Below, piece by piece: positions 1 to 9,270 of a DNA stretch of 64,000 bases (position 1 is its first letter; each line of letters begins with the position of its first letter). The notes under the pieces were generated by a model. The model did not search any database and was not told the DNA's origin. It saw only the letters and a list, made by a program, of their open reading frames with translations. A program made the position numbers and the translations under genes. The stretch is from an uncultured Clostridia bacterium (lineage in GTDB: Bacteria; Bacillota; Clostridia; Christensenellales; CAG-314), in the NCBI GenBank assembly GCA_947601445.1, contig CANQGD010000001.1, forward strand, positions 130,417 to 194,416. The letters run 5' to 3'.

Positions 1-129
1 ATTATGGATACGTTGCAAAAACTCGGATATGTAGAAACGCTTTCTCCGAGCGAACCCAGCTCCAAACCGCTGAGGGTGCTTGTCACGCTTGATGATTTGG
101 ATAATCTGTTCCCGGATCTTCCGGATTAA
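1..129 (+). CDS. FtsK/SpoIIIE-family DNA translocase, extreme C-terminus (partial; gene begins upstream of window)
   Basis: Frame is open from base 1 to TAA at 127-129. It reads IMDTLQKLGYVETLSPSEPSSKPLRVLVTLDDL..., resembling the gamma-domain tail of FtsK/SpoIIIE. Its position upstream of rimO-pgsA-cinA-recA fits Firmicutes synteny. Confidence 0.5.
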   Translation: MMDTLQKLGYVETLSPSEPSSKPLRVLVTLDDLDNLFPDLPD

Positions 130-137
130 CGTAAATT

Positions 138-1463
138 ATGAAAACAAAAGTAGGAGTGGTATCCCTCGGCTGTGACAAAAACCGTGTGGATACCGAGGTT
201 ATGCTTTCAAATCTCGCGGCCGGGGGTTATGAAATTGTATCCGATGCAAGCATTGCCGACGTAATAATTGTAAACACCTGTGCCTTTTTGGAATCTGCCC
301 GTAAGGAAGCAATCGAAACCGTTTTGGAAATGGCAAATTACAAAAACGGCAATTGCAAGAAAATAATCGTTACGGGTTGCCTCGGACAAAAATTCGGAGA
401 CGAACTGTACAAAGATTTGACCGAAGCGGATGCGATTGTCGGCGCTTATGAATATGGCGATATATGCAAAATCGTCGCAGAAACTCTGAGCGGTAAGCGG
501 AAACTGTACAACAGCTGTGACAACGGCATAACATTCGGTTCGCGTATACTTACAACGGCACCGCATGTTGCCTATCTCAAAATAGCGGATGGGTGCGACA
601 ATTTTTGTACATATTGTCTTATTCCTTATATTCGCGGACATTATCGTTCCGTTGAAATGGATAAATTGTTGTTGCAGACGCGCGAATTGGCATCGCAGGG
701 AGTGAAAGAGCTTATTCTCGTGGCGCAGGATACCACGCGTTACGGCAAGGATATATACGGAAAGGCTTCGTTAAAACAACTGATAGAACAATTATCTCAA
801 ATTGACGGAATACATTGGATCAGGTTGCTGTATTGTTATCCCGAACTTATGGATGACGCTCTTATCGAGGAAATAGTACACAATCCCAAAGTCGTCAAGT
901 ATGTAGACATACCGTTACAGCATGTTAACGACGAATTGTTGAAAAAAATGAACAGAAGATCCGACGGTCATTCAATAAGAGAATTGTTTGCTAAATTAAA
1001 TGATAATTCTGTGACGGTTCGTTCTACGTTTATTTGCGGTTTCCCGGGAGAAACAAAACAAACCATCGGCGAATTGATTGACTTTTTGAAACAGTTCAAA
1101 TTGCGCAATGTCGGATTTTTCCCCTATTCGAAGGAAGACGGTACCGTCGCGGCTAAGTTCGACAATCAAGTACCCGAACGCGAAAAACAGTGTTATGTAA
1201 AGAGGTTGTACGAAGTTCAACGCGATATCGCCGAACATCTCAATCAAGAAGATTTCGGCAAAACATACGAATGTGTTATAGACGAATTTGAGAATTTCGA
1301 CGGTAAATACTATTTTTATAGAGGGAGAAGTTATTTTATGACTCCCGAAATAGACGGTTGCGTGTACATATCGTCTCTTACTCCTTTAAAAGTAGGCGAA
1401 TTTTATCAAGTTGCGATCAATGGCGCGCAGGAATATGATTTGTGCGGAGAGGTGGTGAAATGA
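138..1463 (+). CDS. rimO: Ribosomal protein S12 methylthiotransferase RimO (radical SAM, MiaB family)
   Basis: 441 aa. N-terminal MTTase Cys motifs (VSLGCDKN, NTCAF), radical-SAM CNFCTYCLIP, C-terminal TRAM-like region. Confidence 0.88.
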   Translation: MKTKVGVVSLGCDKNRVDTEVMLSNLAAGGYEIVSDASIADVIIVNTCAFLESARKEAIETVLEMANYKNGNCKKIIVTGCLGQKFGDELYKDLTEADAIVGAYEYGDICKIVAETLSGKRKLYNSCDNGITFGSRILTTAPHVAYLKIADGCDNFCTYCLIPYIRGHYRSVEMDKLLLQTRELASQGVKELILVAQDTTRYGKDIYGKASLKQLIEQLSQIDGIHWIRLLYCYPELMDDALIEEIVHNPKVVKYVDIPLQHVNDELLKKMNRRSDGHSIRELFAKLNDNSVTVRSTFICGFPGETKQTIGELIDFLKQFKLRNVGFFPYSKEDGTVAAKFDNQVPEREKQCYVKRLYEVQRDIAEHLNQEDFGKTYECVIDEFENFDGKYYFYRGRSYFMTPEIDGCVYISSLTPLKVGEFYQVAINGAQEYDLCGEVVK

Positions 1464-2104
1464 ACTTACCTAACAGACTTTCAACATTGAGGATTTGCCT
1501 TGTGCCGTTGTTTGTTGCGATATATTTTGTGCCGTATTGGTGGTGTTCGCTAATCGCCGTCGGTATTTTTGCGTTAGCCGCTTTTACGGATTTCCTGGAC
1601 GGACATATAGCGCGTAAATACAACATGGTTACCGATTTGGGTAAACTTTTAGACCCTATTGCAGATAAAATACTTGTTTGCGCGGCACTTTTCTGCGTGG
1701 TGGCAACCAATCCGCTTCAATTTATCGATATAATGAGTTTTGCGTCGGGAAATTCTCGGATACTCATTTTCGGCAGGATATTTTTAACAGTGGGCGGCAT
1801 AATAATCATTTCACGAGAATTGCTTATCAGTGCGATGCGACAGATTGCGGCGGCAAAAGGAGTTGTTGTTCAAGCAAATATCTACGGTAAAGTAAAAACC
1901 GTATTTCAGGATATTGCATTGCCCGTATTGATAGCACTCAATGCCACAAATTATCTGAATAGGTCTACACTGACGGAAAACGAAAACCTATTTCTTGTCG
2001 GTTGGTGGCTTGGCATATTACTGTTTTTAGTAGCGGTTGTCTTGACGATTGTGTCATGCGTCATTTATTTAGTACAAAATAAAAAGGTATTCAGCACCAA
2101 ATGA
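1460..2104 (+). CDS. pgsA: CDP-diacylglycerol--glycerol-3-phosphate 3-phosphatidyltransferase
   Basis: CDP-alcohol phosphotransferase motif DFLDGHIARKYNMVTDLGKLLDPIADK in a multi-TM protein. ATG at 1460 is preceded by GGAGAGGTGG and overlaps the rimO stop. The ORF track's GTG at 1442 is the alternative start. Confidence 0.88.
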   Translation: MNLPNRLSTLRICLVPLFVAIYFVPYWWCSLIAVGIFALAAFTDFLDGHIARKYNMVTDLGKLLDPIADKILVCAALFCVVATNPLQFIDIMSFASGNSRILIFGRIFLTVGGIIIISRELLISAMRQIAAAKGVVVQANIYGKVKTVFQDIALPVLIALNATNYLNRSTLTENENLFLVGWWLGILLFLVAVVLTIVSCVIYLVQNKKVFSTK

Positions 2105-3261
2105 TAAAAATTTTAGCAAAAGTTTACAGTATGGCAGTGGAGCAGATTTGTGAAAAATTAGACAACGAATTGGCTCAATATGACCTGCTTTTATCAAAAA
2201 ACAACGCTTCTTCCTCGCAATTTTTGAAGGAATCGATAGGTTGCAGCGCTTTGTTGATTATCGGCGATGTGGGAGATAACGGTACATTATTCGCGGATAC
2301 TTTCGGTTTGTCTATGTTTTATGATAAATTTGCCGAACGCAATGTAAAAGAGTACTGTAAATTGTCCAATATTGCTCTCCCGCCGCAACATATTATGGAC
2401 AAATTATGTATCGCGCCGGAAACATTTAATCACTTTGCGTCGTCTTACGGTTATCGATGCGCTTGTTACGGTGAATTTAAAAAGACGCACATTTATTTGA
2501 TTCCCGACGATGTAAGAGAGTGCGTTTCCACATTTGATAATTATATAAATAAAGTTCTTTTTAAAACACCGACAACGGCAACGAGATTGGTTTTTAAGGT
2601 TTTCGGTTTGAGCTTTGCAGCTGTAAGCGAAAAACTTGACGCGCTTGGCAAATTTGTTTCACACAAATGTGAAACAAAAAATTTAGACAGTAAAATCATT
2701 ATCACCTTTCCCCCGAAGTGTGCCAAATCCATTATTGCCGAAACTACGGAAAAAATGGAAGAATTGTTTGGCAATTTTATATATGCAACGTCCGATCAAA
2801 GCCTTGCAAGTACGGTAGTGCAATTGCTGAACAGATTGGGCAAAACGATTTCCACTGCCGAATCCATAACAGGCGGAATGATAGCCTCATCGATTGTGTC
2901 TGTCCCCGGTGCAAGCAGTGTGTTTTTTGAGAGCGCCGTGACCTATTCGGTACAGGCAAAAAACAACAGATTGGGAGTTAGCCCCCACTTGGTGGATGAA
3001 TATGGCGTTGTTTCACAACAAGTAGCGCAGAAAATGGCGCTCGGATTGAAAGAGAACGGTACGGACATTGCCGTTTCTACCACGGGATTCGCAGGTCCTA
3101 CGTCAGCGGACGGTATGCCTGTGGGGTTATGTTATATCGGAATTGCAACGGAAAAAGGTGTTTCTGTGTATCGAAACGTATTTACCGGCGACAGAAATTC
3201 CATCAGAACACAGGCGGCAAATATGGCGCTTTATCTCGTTTGTAAAACACTTACTAAATAA
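2101..3261 (+). CDS. cinA: CinA-family protein (C-terminal PncC-type nicotinamide-nucleotide amidohydrolase domain; divergent N-terminal domain)
   Basis: C-terminal half contains STAESITGGMIASSIVSVPGASSVFFESAVTYS...TTGFAGP, typical of CinA/PncC. ATGA start/stop overlap with pgsA. Classic cinA-recA adjacency. The N-terminal half only loosely resembles the usual MoCF-binding domain. Confidence 0.8.
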   Translation: MIKILAKVYSMAVEQICEKLDNELAQYDLLLSKNNASSSQFLKESIGCSALLIIGDVGDNGTLFADTFGLSMFYDKFAERNVKEYCKLSNIALPPQHIMDKLCIAPETFNHFASSYGYRCACYGEFKKTHIYLIPDDVRECVSTFDNYINKVLFKTPTTATRLVFKVFGLSFAAVSEKLDALGKFVSHKCETKNLDSKIIITFPPKCAKSIIAETTEKMEELFGNFIYATSDQSLASTVVQLLNRLGKTISTAESITGGMIASSIVSVPGASSVFFESAVTYSVQAKNNRLGVSPHLVDEYGVVSQQVAQKMALGLKENGTDIAVSTTGFAGPTSADGMPVGLCYIGIATEKGVSVYRNVFTGDRNSIRTQAANMALYLVCKTLTK

Positions 3262-3288
3262 ATTATTGAGAAAATAAGGAGACATTTT

Positions 3289-4308
3289 ATGACCGACGAC
3301 AAGAAGAAAGCATTGGAACAAACGATCTTGCAAATCGAAAAAGAGTTTGGCAAGGGATCGATTATGAAATTGGGCAGTTATGCGGCGTCTCGCAATATAG
3401 AGGTAATACCTACCGGTTGTTTGCCTCTTGACGTAGCGCTCGGCGTGGGCGGACTTCCCAAAGGACGTATTATTGAAATTTACGGACCCGAAGCCTCCGG
3501 TAAAACAACCGTTACGCTTCACGTTATTGCACAGGTACAAAAGATGGGCGGTACTGCGGCATTTATCGACGCAGAACAGGCGTTGGACCCCGTATACGCT
3601 GCAAATTTGGGAATAAATCTCGATGATTTGTATATTTCGCAACCGGACAGTGGCGAACAAGCGTTGGAAATTCTCGATTACTTGGTCAGAAGCAATGCTA
3701 TCGATCTTGTCGTTGTTGACTCGGTCGCAGCGCTTACTCCTCGCGCAGAATTGGAAGGGGATATGGGCGATAGTCATATGGGAGTACAAGCCCGTTTGAT
3801 GTCGCAGGCATTGAGAAAAATAGTTGCAATCGGCAACAAATCCAACACGTGTATTATATTCATCAATCAATTGCGCGATAAAATCGGCGTTATGTTTGGT
3901 AATCCCGAGACAACTACGGGCGGCAAAGCGCTTAAATTTTATTCAAGTGTACGTTTGGATGTAAGAAAGACCGACCAAGTAAAGGACGGGTCCGAGATCG
4001 TTGGCAGCAAAACGCGCGTAAAGGTAGTAAAAAACAAAGTCGCGCCTCCGTTTAAGACAGCGGAATTTGAAATAATATTTGGTAAAGGCATTTCCAATTC
4101 GGGCTGTATTTTGGATATGGCAGTGGCAAACGGCTTTATCGAAAAGAGCGGTTCATGGTTCAGCTATAACGGAGAGCGTATAGGTCAGGGGCGTGAAAAT
4201 GCCAAGAGTTATCTTGAACAACATCCCGATGTGATGGATTTACTTTCGGACCAGATAAAACAAAAGCTAAATCCCGCTTCGACAGAAACCGATTCCGCGA
4301 CAGAATAG
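3289..4308 (+). CDS. recA: Recombinase RecA
   Basis: Walker [10 protein letters not shown]. Near-canonical RecA sequence throughout ([31 protein letters not shown]..., [22 protein letters not shown]). AAGGAGA RBS. Confidence 0.97.
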   Translation: MTDDKKKALEQTILQIEKEFGKGSIMKLGSYAASRNIEVIPTGCLPLDVALGVGGLPKGRIIEIYGPEASGKTTVTLHVIAQVQKMGGTAAFIDAEQALDPVYAANLGINLDDLYISQPDSGEQALEILDYLVRSNAIDLVVVDSVAALTPRAELEGDMGDSHMGVQARLMSQALRKIVAIGNKSNTCIIFINQLRDKIGVMFGNPETTTGGKALKFYSSVRLDVRKTDQVKDGSEIVGSKTRVKVVKNKVAPPFKTAEFEIIFGKGISNSGCILDMAVANGFIEKSGSWFSYNGERIGQGRENAKSYLEQHPDVMDLLSDQIKQKLNPASTETDSATE

Positions 4309-4432
4309 CGCATACAACAATCTGCCCGTAAATAGTGCAAGATTCATTAAAATTTTAATTTTAAAATTAAATTCAGAGAACAATGTTTTTGCACGGAATT
4401 ATATAACTTGTATTAAAATTATAAATTAAGTT

Positions 4433-4468
4433 AAACGGCTTGACGTCAATCAAGTCGTTTATTTTTAT
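4433..4468 (+). terminator. Rho-independent terminator after recA
   Basis: AAACGGCTTGA / TCAAGTCGTTT stem (one G-U pair), 6-nt loop, followed by ATTTTTAT. Confidence 0.6.
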
Positions 4469-4576
4469 CGATTGTTTGACAAAGTTCAGAAGTAGCAGAC
4501 TTAATTTGAGCATTATTGTTGATAAACGTAATTAGCATTGAATCGCTTGTCAGGCGGTTTGGGGCTTTTTATTTGA

Positions 4577-4753
4577 TTTAACAACACTAATTTATGGAAA
4601 CAAGCAGGGGAAATCACAACAATTGATAAAGTTCAATCGGCTAACGGTTTTGCAGCAGTAGTTTCGGTAGAGATAGAACATTTGAATAAAAAAATAGAAG
4701 TTTACAATTTGAATGTTCTATGTTATCATACTTATGTCATCGGAGAAGGTTAG
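4577..4753 (+). pseudogene. Start-less remnant of a Hint (Hedgehog/intein-like) domain C-terminus from a polymorphic toxin
   Basis: Open frame between TGA (4574-4576) and TAG (4751-4753), with no start codon. It reads FNNTNLWKQAGEITTIDKVQSANGFAAVVSVEIEHLNKKIEVYNLNVLCYHTYVIGEG. This matches the W..A.el..gD.....G....V.s.e....-VYN(F/L).V...HTY.V pattern of pre-toxin Hint modules. Confidence 0.55.
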
Positions 4754-4818
4754 ATTGCAGTACTAAGTTATTTAAAATCATAAAATTCATTCCTATAAAA
4801 TAGGGGAGGAGCTATTTA

Positions 4819-5316
4819 ATGTTTAACATGTACTTAAATGAGCAATTATTCGAAAATTTGCAAGATTTAGGATTAAAAATTGATGAAGTATGCAATGATT
4901 TCTACAAGGAAATTATATGGATAGAAGAAATATATCGTTATCCAACTGCAAAAGAATTGGCAAAAGATGATGAGGACGAAGCGGATGATTTCCGACTGAC
5001 TCCAACCACAAAAATATTAAAAAATACCAAAGTTTATGTAAAGGATAGAAATTGGATACCAAAGGATGACGAATTTCATCACTATTTTAAAACTATTTCT
5101 ACAGGTATGATATTAAATTATTTGCAGGAAAAGTTGAGCGATTATGAGTTTGTAATTAACTTTAAAAATTATGGACAAAATATGCTGTATGCTGAAATCT
5201 CATTTAAGAATGAAACAAAAGTTTATGAAAGTCCGAAAGATCAACTCCCATCGTGTCTATTAATTGACCAATTGTATGATTTCTTGCACTGGTTGTTGGA
5301 AGAAAAAATCGTTTAG
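4819..5316 (+). CDS. Hypothetical protein, candidate immunity protein of a toxin cassette
   Basis: 165 aa ORF with a strong RBS (GGGGAGGAG) 65 nt after the Hint stub. Acidic, with no recognisable motifs. The immunity call rests on position only. Confidence 0.5.
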   Translation: MFNMYLNEQLFENLQDLGLKIDEVCNDFYKEIIWIEEIYRYPTAKELAKDDEDEADDFRLTPTTKILKNTKVYVKDRNWIPKDDEFHHYFKTISTGMILNYLQEKLSDYEFVINFKNYGQNMLYAEISFKNETKVYESPKDQLPSCLLIDQLYDFLHWLLEEKIV

Positions 5317-5580
5317 ATATATAACGCTTGTACCGTTAAAGAAAATGGCGTCTATGAAATTGACTTTGATGATGGTAAAAAATATATAGGTAAAGGTTCG
5401 CATCAAAGGATGCAACAATCTATCAAGAGACTGTCTAGCGAAACTAGAAATCTAGTATCAAAGCAATTTACGCCTTGCTCAAGTGACAAAGCCGCCTTTA
5501 TGCTTGAACATATTAAAATGATGGAAACGGGATTTGGCACGGAAGGTGAATTGCTAAATAAGATTTATAGTCTGGCATGA
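5317..5580 (+). pseudogene. Start-less orphan toxin C-terminal module with GIY-YIG (URI)-nuclease-like motifs
   Basis: Frame continues directly after the stop of the 4819-5316 ORF, with no upstream start. It reads IYNACTVKENGVYEIDFDDGKKYIGKGSHQRMQQSIKR...AFMLEHIKM...LLNKIYSLA*. Motifs are GVY-x9-YIG, then R, then E, then N in the order and spacing of GIY-YIG domains. Confidence 0.4.
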
Positions 5581-5657
5581 AGCTTTTCATGATGTTCTTT
5601 TAAAATAGTTAGTCCTGCTTGTAGGAATCTATACAAGCAAGACTAGGGAGTGAAATT

Positions 5658-6565
5658 ATGAAAATTGTTATAAACGAGAAAAAAAATATCGTGATTTTTC
5701 TACAAGATACGATTTAAATTACTGGTATCAAACACCGGAACGTTTTTTAGAAATCCAATCTTGGGAACTAGAGTCAGACATTAAAGCAGTAAAAAAAATG
5801 TTATTAGACAACGAAATTTATTATTTGTCTATTAACACACAAGGGAACAATTATAGAGTAGATCTTGCGAACCTGGAAGAACTCTTTTTTTTGGAGTATC
5901 TCGGGCTACCATGTGGAAGTTTCATTAATGTTAGTACATTAGAAGGTTTAACCAAGTTAAAATCACTGTTTTTATTTAATGACAACGATGGAGAAGCTAT
6001 TGATTTATCTAAACTGCGGTCTCTTAAAAGATTATATATACAAAATTCATTGGGTAAGATTGAAGGGATTGAGTCTCTTGTTGGACTCCATACCTTATCT
6101 TTGCAAAAGTTAAAAGCAACAGATTTACAATCTTTATCAAGTCTAACGAATTTGGAATCGTTAGAATTAGTTCAATCTACAATTGAATCATTGGATGGAA
6201 TAAGTTTGTTGAAGAAACTAAAGTGTTTGACAATGTTTTATTGTAGCAAATTGAGTAGTTTGAAGGGCGTAGAGTATTTATCAAAACTTGAATACTTAAA
6301 ATTGGACACATGCAAGGCTTTAAGCGATTATCATTTTCTTGCCGATGCACAATTATTGAAATATTTGTTCATTGGTAGTTGCGGAGCTGTAAATGATTTA
6401 AAGTGGCTGCATAATTTAAAGAGAATGAATTATATAGGACTAATTGACACGGATGTAACAGATGGGGATGTTTCTTGTTTATTAAGTGTTCCGGATCACA
6501 GATACACAAATAAAAAGCATTTTAATTACTACCAAAATAAATACGGTGTAGATATTAAACGATAA
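5658..6565 (+). pseudogene. Leucine-rich-repeat protein (immunity-like), frameshifted at an A8 tract (or phase-variable)
   Basis: The 5798-6565 ORF has about 9 LRR units (L..L..L.L....I..I..L). The same frame is open back to 5654 but has no start codon. ATG at 5658 has a good RBS (AGGGAG) but is one frame off. Adding one A to A8 (5679-5686) fuses the two frames. Confidence 0.6.
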
Positions 6566-6774
6566 TGTTTTTTTAACAATTGTTTGGGTACTTGCTGGTA
6601 AATCACAAAGAAGCGGGTACCGGAATGAGAATGCTACAAGCAAAAGTGGACTTTATGAATACTTTACAAAATGTCACTGCAATAAAAAAATTTATTTAAT
6701 TAATTGAGGTGTAAGATGAGCTATTATTCAAGTGTTAGTTATATATATATCGTATTGAGAAAGAATTCAATATT

Positions 6775-7206
6775 ATGAAAGATTATTGTCCTGAGATGGC
6801 CAATTTTAATAAACATCAAATATTGAATATGTTTAATAATATTAAGACTTATTTTGGTGCTGTTCAATTTGATACTATATGTGCTTTGTGTAGGTACATT
6901 GATGGAAAAGGATATTTCAAGACTAAGAATAACACTTATTTCAAGAGAAAAATTGATACAGGCATTCAAAAGATATTTTTATCAAATGATGATTATCAGT
7001 GGAATACTTATACAGTATCTTTTTCTGCCCTAAAGTATCCGAATATTGATGTAATGTTGACCGATAGCGGTTTAACGTTTAATCTGGATCATGAAAATGA
7101 ATTGTCAAAAGCAGATATTGAAGAATTGCGCAAATTAGCAATAAATTGTCTGTCCGATACAAGAATTATTAAAATAGTGGACCAAATAAATACTCCAAGA
7201 AAATAA
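6775..7206 (+). CDS. Hypothetical protein (immunity-like); true start possibly ATG 6716, separated by a (TA)5 frameshift
   Basis: 143 aa ORF. The upstream ATG at 6716 with GAGGTG RBS opens a 20-codon frame ending in ATGA overlap with 6775. Deleting one TA from (TA)5 at 6740-6749 joins the two frames. Confidence 0.5.
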   Translation: MKDYCPEMANFNKHQILNMFNNIKTYFGAVQFDTICALCRYIDGKGYFKTKNNTYFKRKIDTGIQKIFLSNDDYQWNTYTVSFSALKYPNIDVMLTDSGLTFNLDHENELSKADIEELRKLAINCLSDTRIIKIVDQINTPRK

Positions 7207-7215
7207 AACATTTAT

Positions 7216-7251
7216 GGGATTCTGCTTAATGCGGAATCCCTTATAATTTTT
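7216..7251 (+). terminator. Rho-independent terminator
   Basis: GGGATTC...GAATCCC hairpin followed by TTATAATTTTT. Confidence 0.5.
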
Positions 7252-7304
7252 GAAGTTAATTAATGAAACATATATTTTATTAAAATTTTAAATAGTGCTT
7301 TATT

Positions 7305-7341
7305 TCTATATAATACTATTACTGTAATAGTATTATATAGA
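7305..7341. repeat. Perfect 37-nt palindrome (18-bp arms, 1-nt centre)
   Basis: TCTATATAATACTATTAC-T-GTAATAGTATTATATAGA, read directly from the sequence. Confidence 0.85.
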
Positions 7342-7490
7342 ACGGCAATTTTGTGCATAGAAACATTTATTTTACAAAATTTTTTCAAGTTGTATTTGTT
7401 TATTAACCTGTTACAGCGATTATTCATCTACGAATAAGCTAATATAAAATAAATTTTTGTATATTTTTATTCTTTATTTTTTTAAATATC

Positions 7491-7519
7491 TTGACATATT
7501 GCAATAAAATCGTTAAAAT
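7491..7519 (+). promoter_or_regulatory. Sigma-A-type promoter for rny
   Basis: TTGACA (7491-7496), 17-nt spacer, TAAAAT (7514-7519), about 65 nt upstream of the rny start. Confidence 0.5.
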
Positions 7520-7585
7520 AATATCGAGTGATAGTGGGGATTTCTATCAAACTGTCACTACTGATTTTTAGGAGGAATATTAACA

Positions 7586-9196
7586 ATGAATACATTGATT
7601 ACATTCTTCCTTGCCGACAGTACTATTCCTTCTTGGATTTGGATTCTTTTACCGGTAATAGCCGTTGCATTTGCCGCAATCGGTGTAGTGGTGGGAATCT
7701 GCGTATATAGAAGATATAGAAACCGCAAAATAGGCTCCACCCAAGCGCAAGCCGATTCCATTATGGAATTTGCGCGAGAGGAAGCCAAATCGTTGAAAAA
7801 TGATGCCATAAAAGAGGCAAGAGAAGAAAGTCAAAGACAAAAGAATGAAGCGGAACGTCAGATAAGAGAACGCAGCAACGAACTTGCGAAACAAGAAAAT
7901 CGAATGAGTCAAAAAGAAGAAGCTCTCGACAAAAAAGAGGAGATGCTTCTCAAAAAATTGGATCAAATCGACGTTCAACAAAAACAACTTATCTCTCAGC
8001 AGGGAGAACTTAACAAACGCGCTCAGGAACTTACCAAATCCGAGGATAAAATTCAGCAGGAGTTGGAACGCGTTGCAGGCTTGACGCGCGATGAGGCAAA
8101 GCAGATATTGGTGGACGGAATGGTTTCCGAGGCGCGCAAAGACGCTGCCGGTCTTGTTCGCAAAATTGAAACAGAAGCCAAACAAAGCGGCGATCAAAAA
8201 GCTCGTGAAATTATCGCAACGGCAATTCAGCGTTGTGCAAGCGATCAAGTCAGCGAAATGACTGTCACAACGGTACCTCTTCCCAATGATGAAATGAAGG
8301 GGCGTCTAATCGGGCGCGAAGGAAGAAACATTCGCGCATTGGAAAACGCAACGGGCGTGGAATTGATTATCGATGATACGCCGGAAGTCGTTATCCTATC
8401 GGGATTTGATCCCGTTCGCCGTCAAATTGCGCGTATTACCATTGAAAAACTTGTTTCCGACGGTCGCATACACCCCGCTCGTATAGAGGAAATGGTGGAG
8501 AAGGTCAAACGCGACATGGAAATTACGATTAAGGATGAAGGTGAAGCCGCATCGTTTGACACAGGCGTTTTTGGATTGCATCCGGAACTTATCAAATTGC
8601 TTGGTCGGCTTAAATTTCGCACTTCTTACGGACAGAATGTGTTGCGTCACTCCATAGAGGTAAGTTACATAGCGGGTATTATTGCTTCCGAACTCGGGCT
8701 CGATGTTGCTTTGGCAAAAAGAGGCGCATTGTTGCATGATATAGGTAAAGCTGTGGATCAGGAAGTTGAGGGCACTCACATGCAAATAGGCGCCGATCTT
8801 GCCAAAAAGTATAAAGAAAGCAAAGAGGTTGTCAATTGCATTGCGTCTCATCACGGAGACGTGGAACCGATAACGGTAGAGGCGGTTATCGTTGCCGCTG
8901 CCGACGCGATAAGTGGAGCGCGCCCGGGTGCTCGCAGAGAATCTCTTGAAAATTATGTAAAACGTCTTGAAAAGTTGGAAGAAATTGCCAATTCCTTCAA
9001 AGGCGTTCAAAAGTCTTATGCGGTACAGGCAGGACGTGAAATTCGTATTATTGTCAAACCGGAAGAAGTAAATGACGAAACGACCGTATTGTTGGCAAAT
9101 GACATTGCCCGTCGCATTGAAAGCGAGCTTGAATATCCGGGACAAATCAAAGTCAATGTTATTCGCGAAACGCGCAGCATTGATTATGCAAAATAA
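7586..9196 (+). CDS. rny: Ribonuclease Y
   Basis: 536 aa. N-terminal TM helix, long coiled-coil region, KH domain ([15 protein letters not shown]), HD domain (LLHDIGKA...HH). GGAGGA RBS. Confidence 0.95.
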   Translation: MNTLITFFLADSTIPSWIWILLPVIAVAFAAIGVVVGICVYRRYRNRKIGSTQAQADSIMEFAREEAKSLKNDAIKEAREESQRQKNEAERQIRERSNELAKQENRMSQKEEALDKKEEMLLKKLDQIDVQQKQLISQQGELNKRAQELTKSEDKIQQELERVAGLTRDEAKQILVDGMVSEARKDAAGLVRKIETEAKQSGDQKAREIIATAIQRCASDQVSEMTVTTVPLPNDEMKGRLIGREGRNIRALENATGVELIIDDTPEVVILSGFDPVRRQIARITIEKLVSDGRIHPARIEEMVEKVKRDMEITIKDEGEAASFDTGVFGLHPELIKLLGRLKFRTSYGQNVLRHSIEVSYIAGIIASELGLDVALAKRGALLHDIGKAVDQEVEGTHMQIGADLAKKYKESKEVVNCIASHHGDVEPITVEAVIVAAADAISGARPGARRESLENYVKRLEKLEEIANSFKGVQKSYAVQAGREIRIIVKPEEVNDETTVLLANDIARRIESELEYPGQIKVNVIRETRSIDYAK

Positions 9197-9233
9197 TATT
9201 ACCGATATTAGGAAATAATTTTTACAAAGAACA

Positions 9234-9270
9234 AGCTGCCGCGGTTTGACTGCGGCAGCTGTTAATTTTA
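9234..9270 (+). terminator. Rho-independent terminator after rny (possibly bidirectional)
   Basis: AGCTGCCGC / GCGGCAGCT perfect 9-bp stem, followed by GTTAATTTTA. Confidence 0.6.

Noticed and set aside
2101-2700. Divergent N-terminal half of CinA as a possible novel domain.
   Set aside because: By eye it still follows the outline of a degenerate MoCF-binding (MoaB/MogA-like) domain (LLIIGDVGDNGTL.., ..IYLIPDDVRE..). It is most simply a diverged version of the standard CinA architecture.
4320-4400. AT-only palindromic runs (TTAAAATTTTAATTTTAAAATTAAATT) just after recA.
   Set aside because: This is pure A/T low complexity in which palindromes arise by chance. The functional recA terminator is the GC-containing hairpin at 4433-4468.
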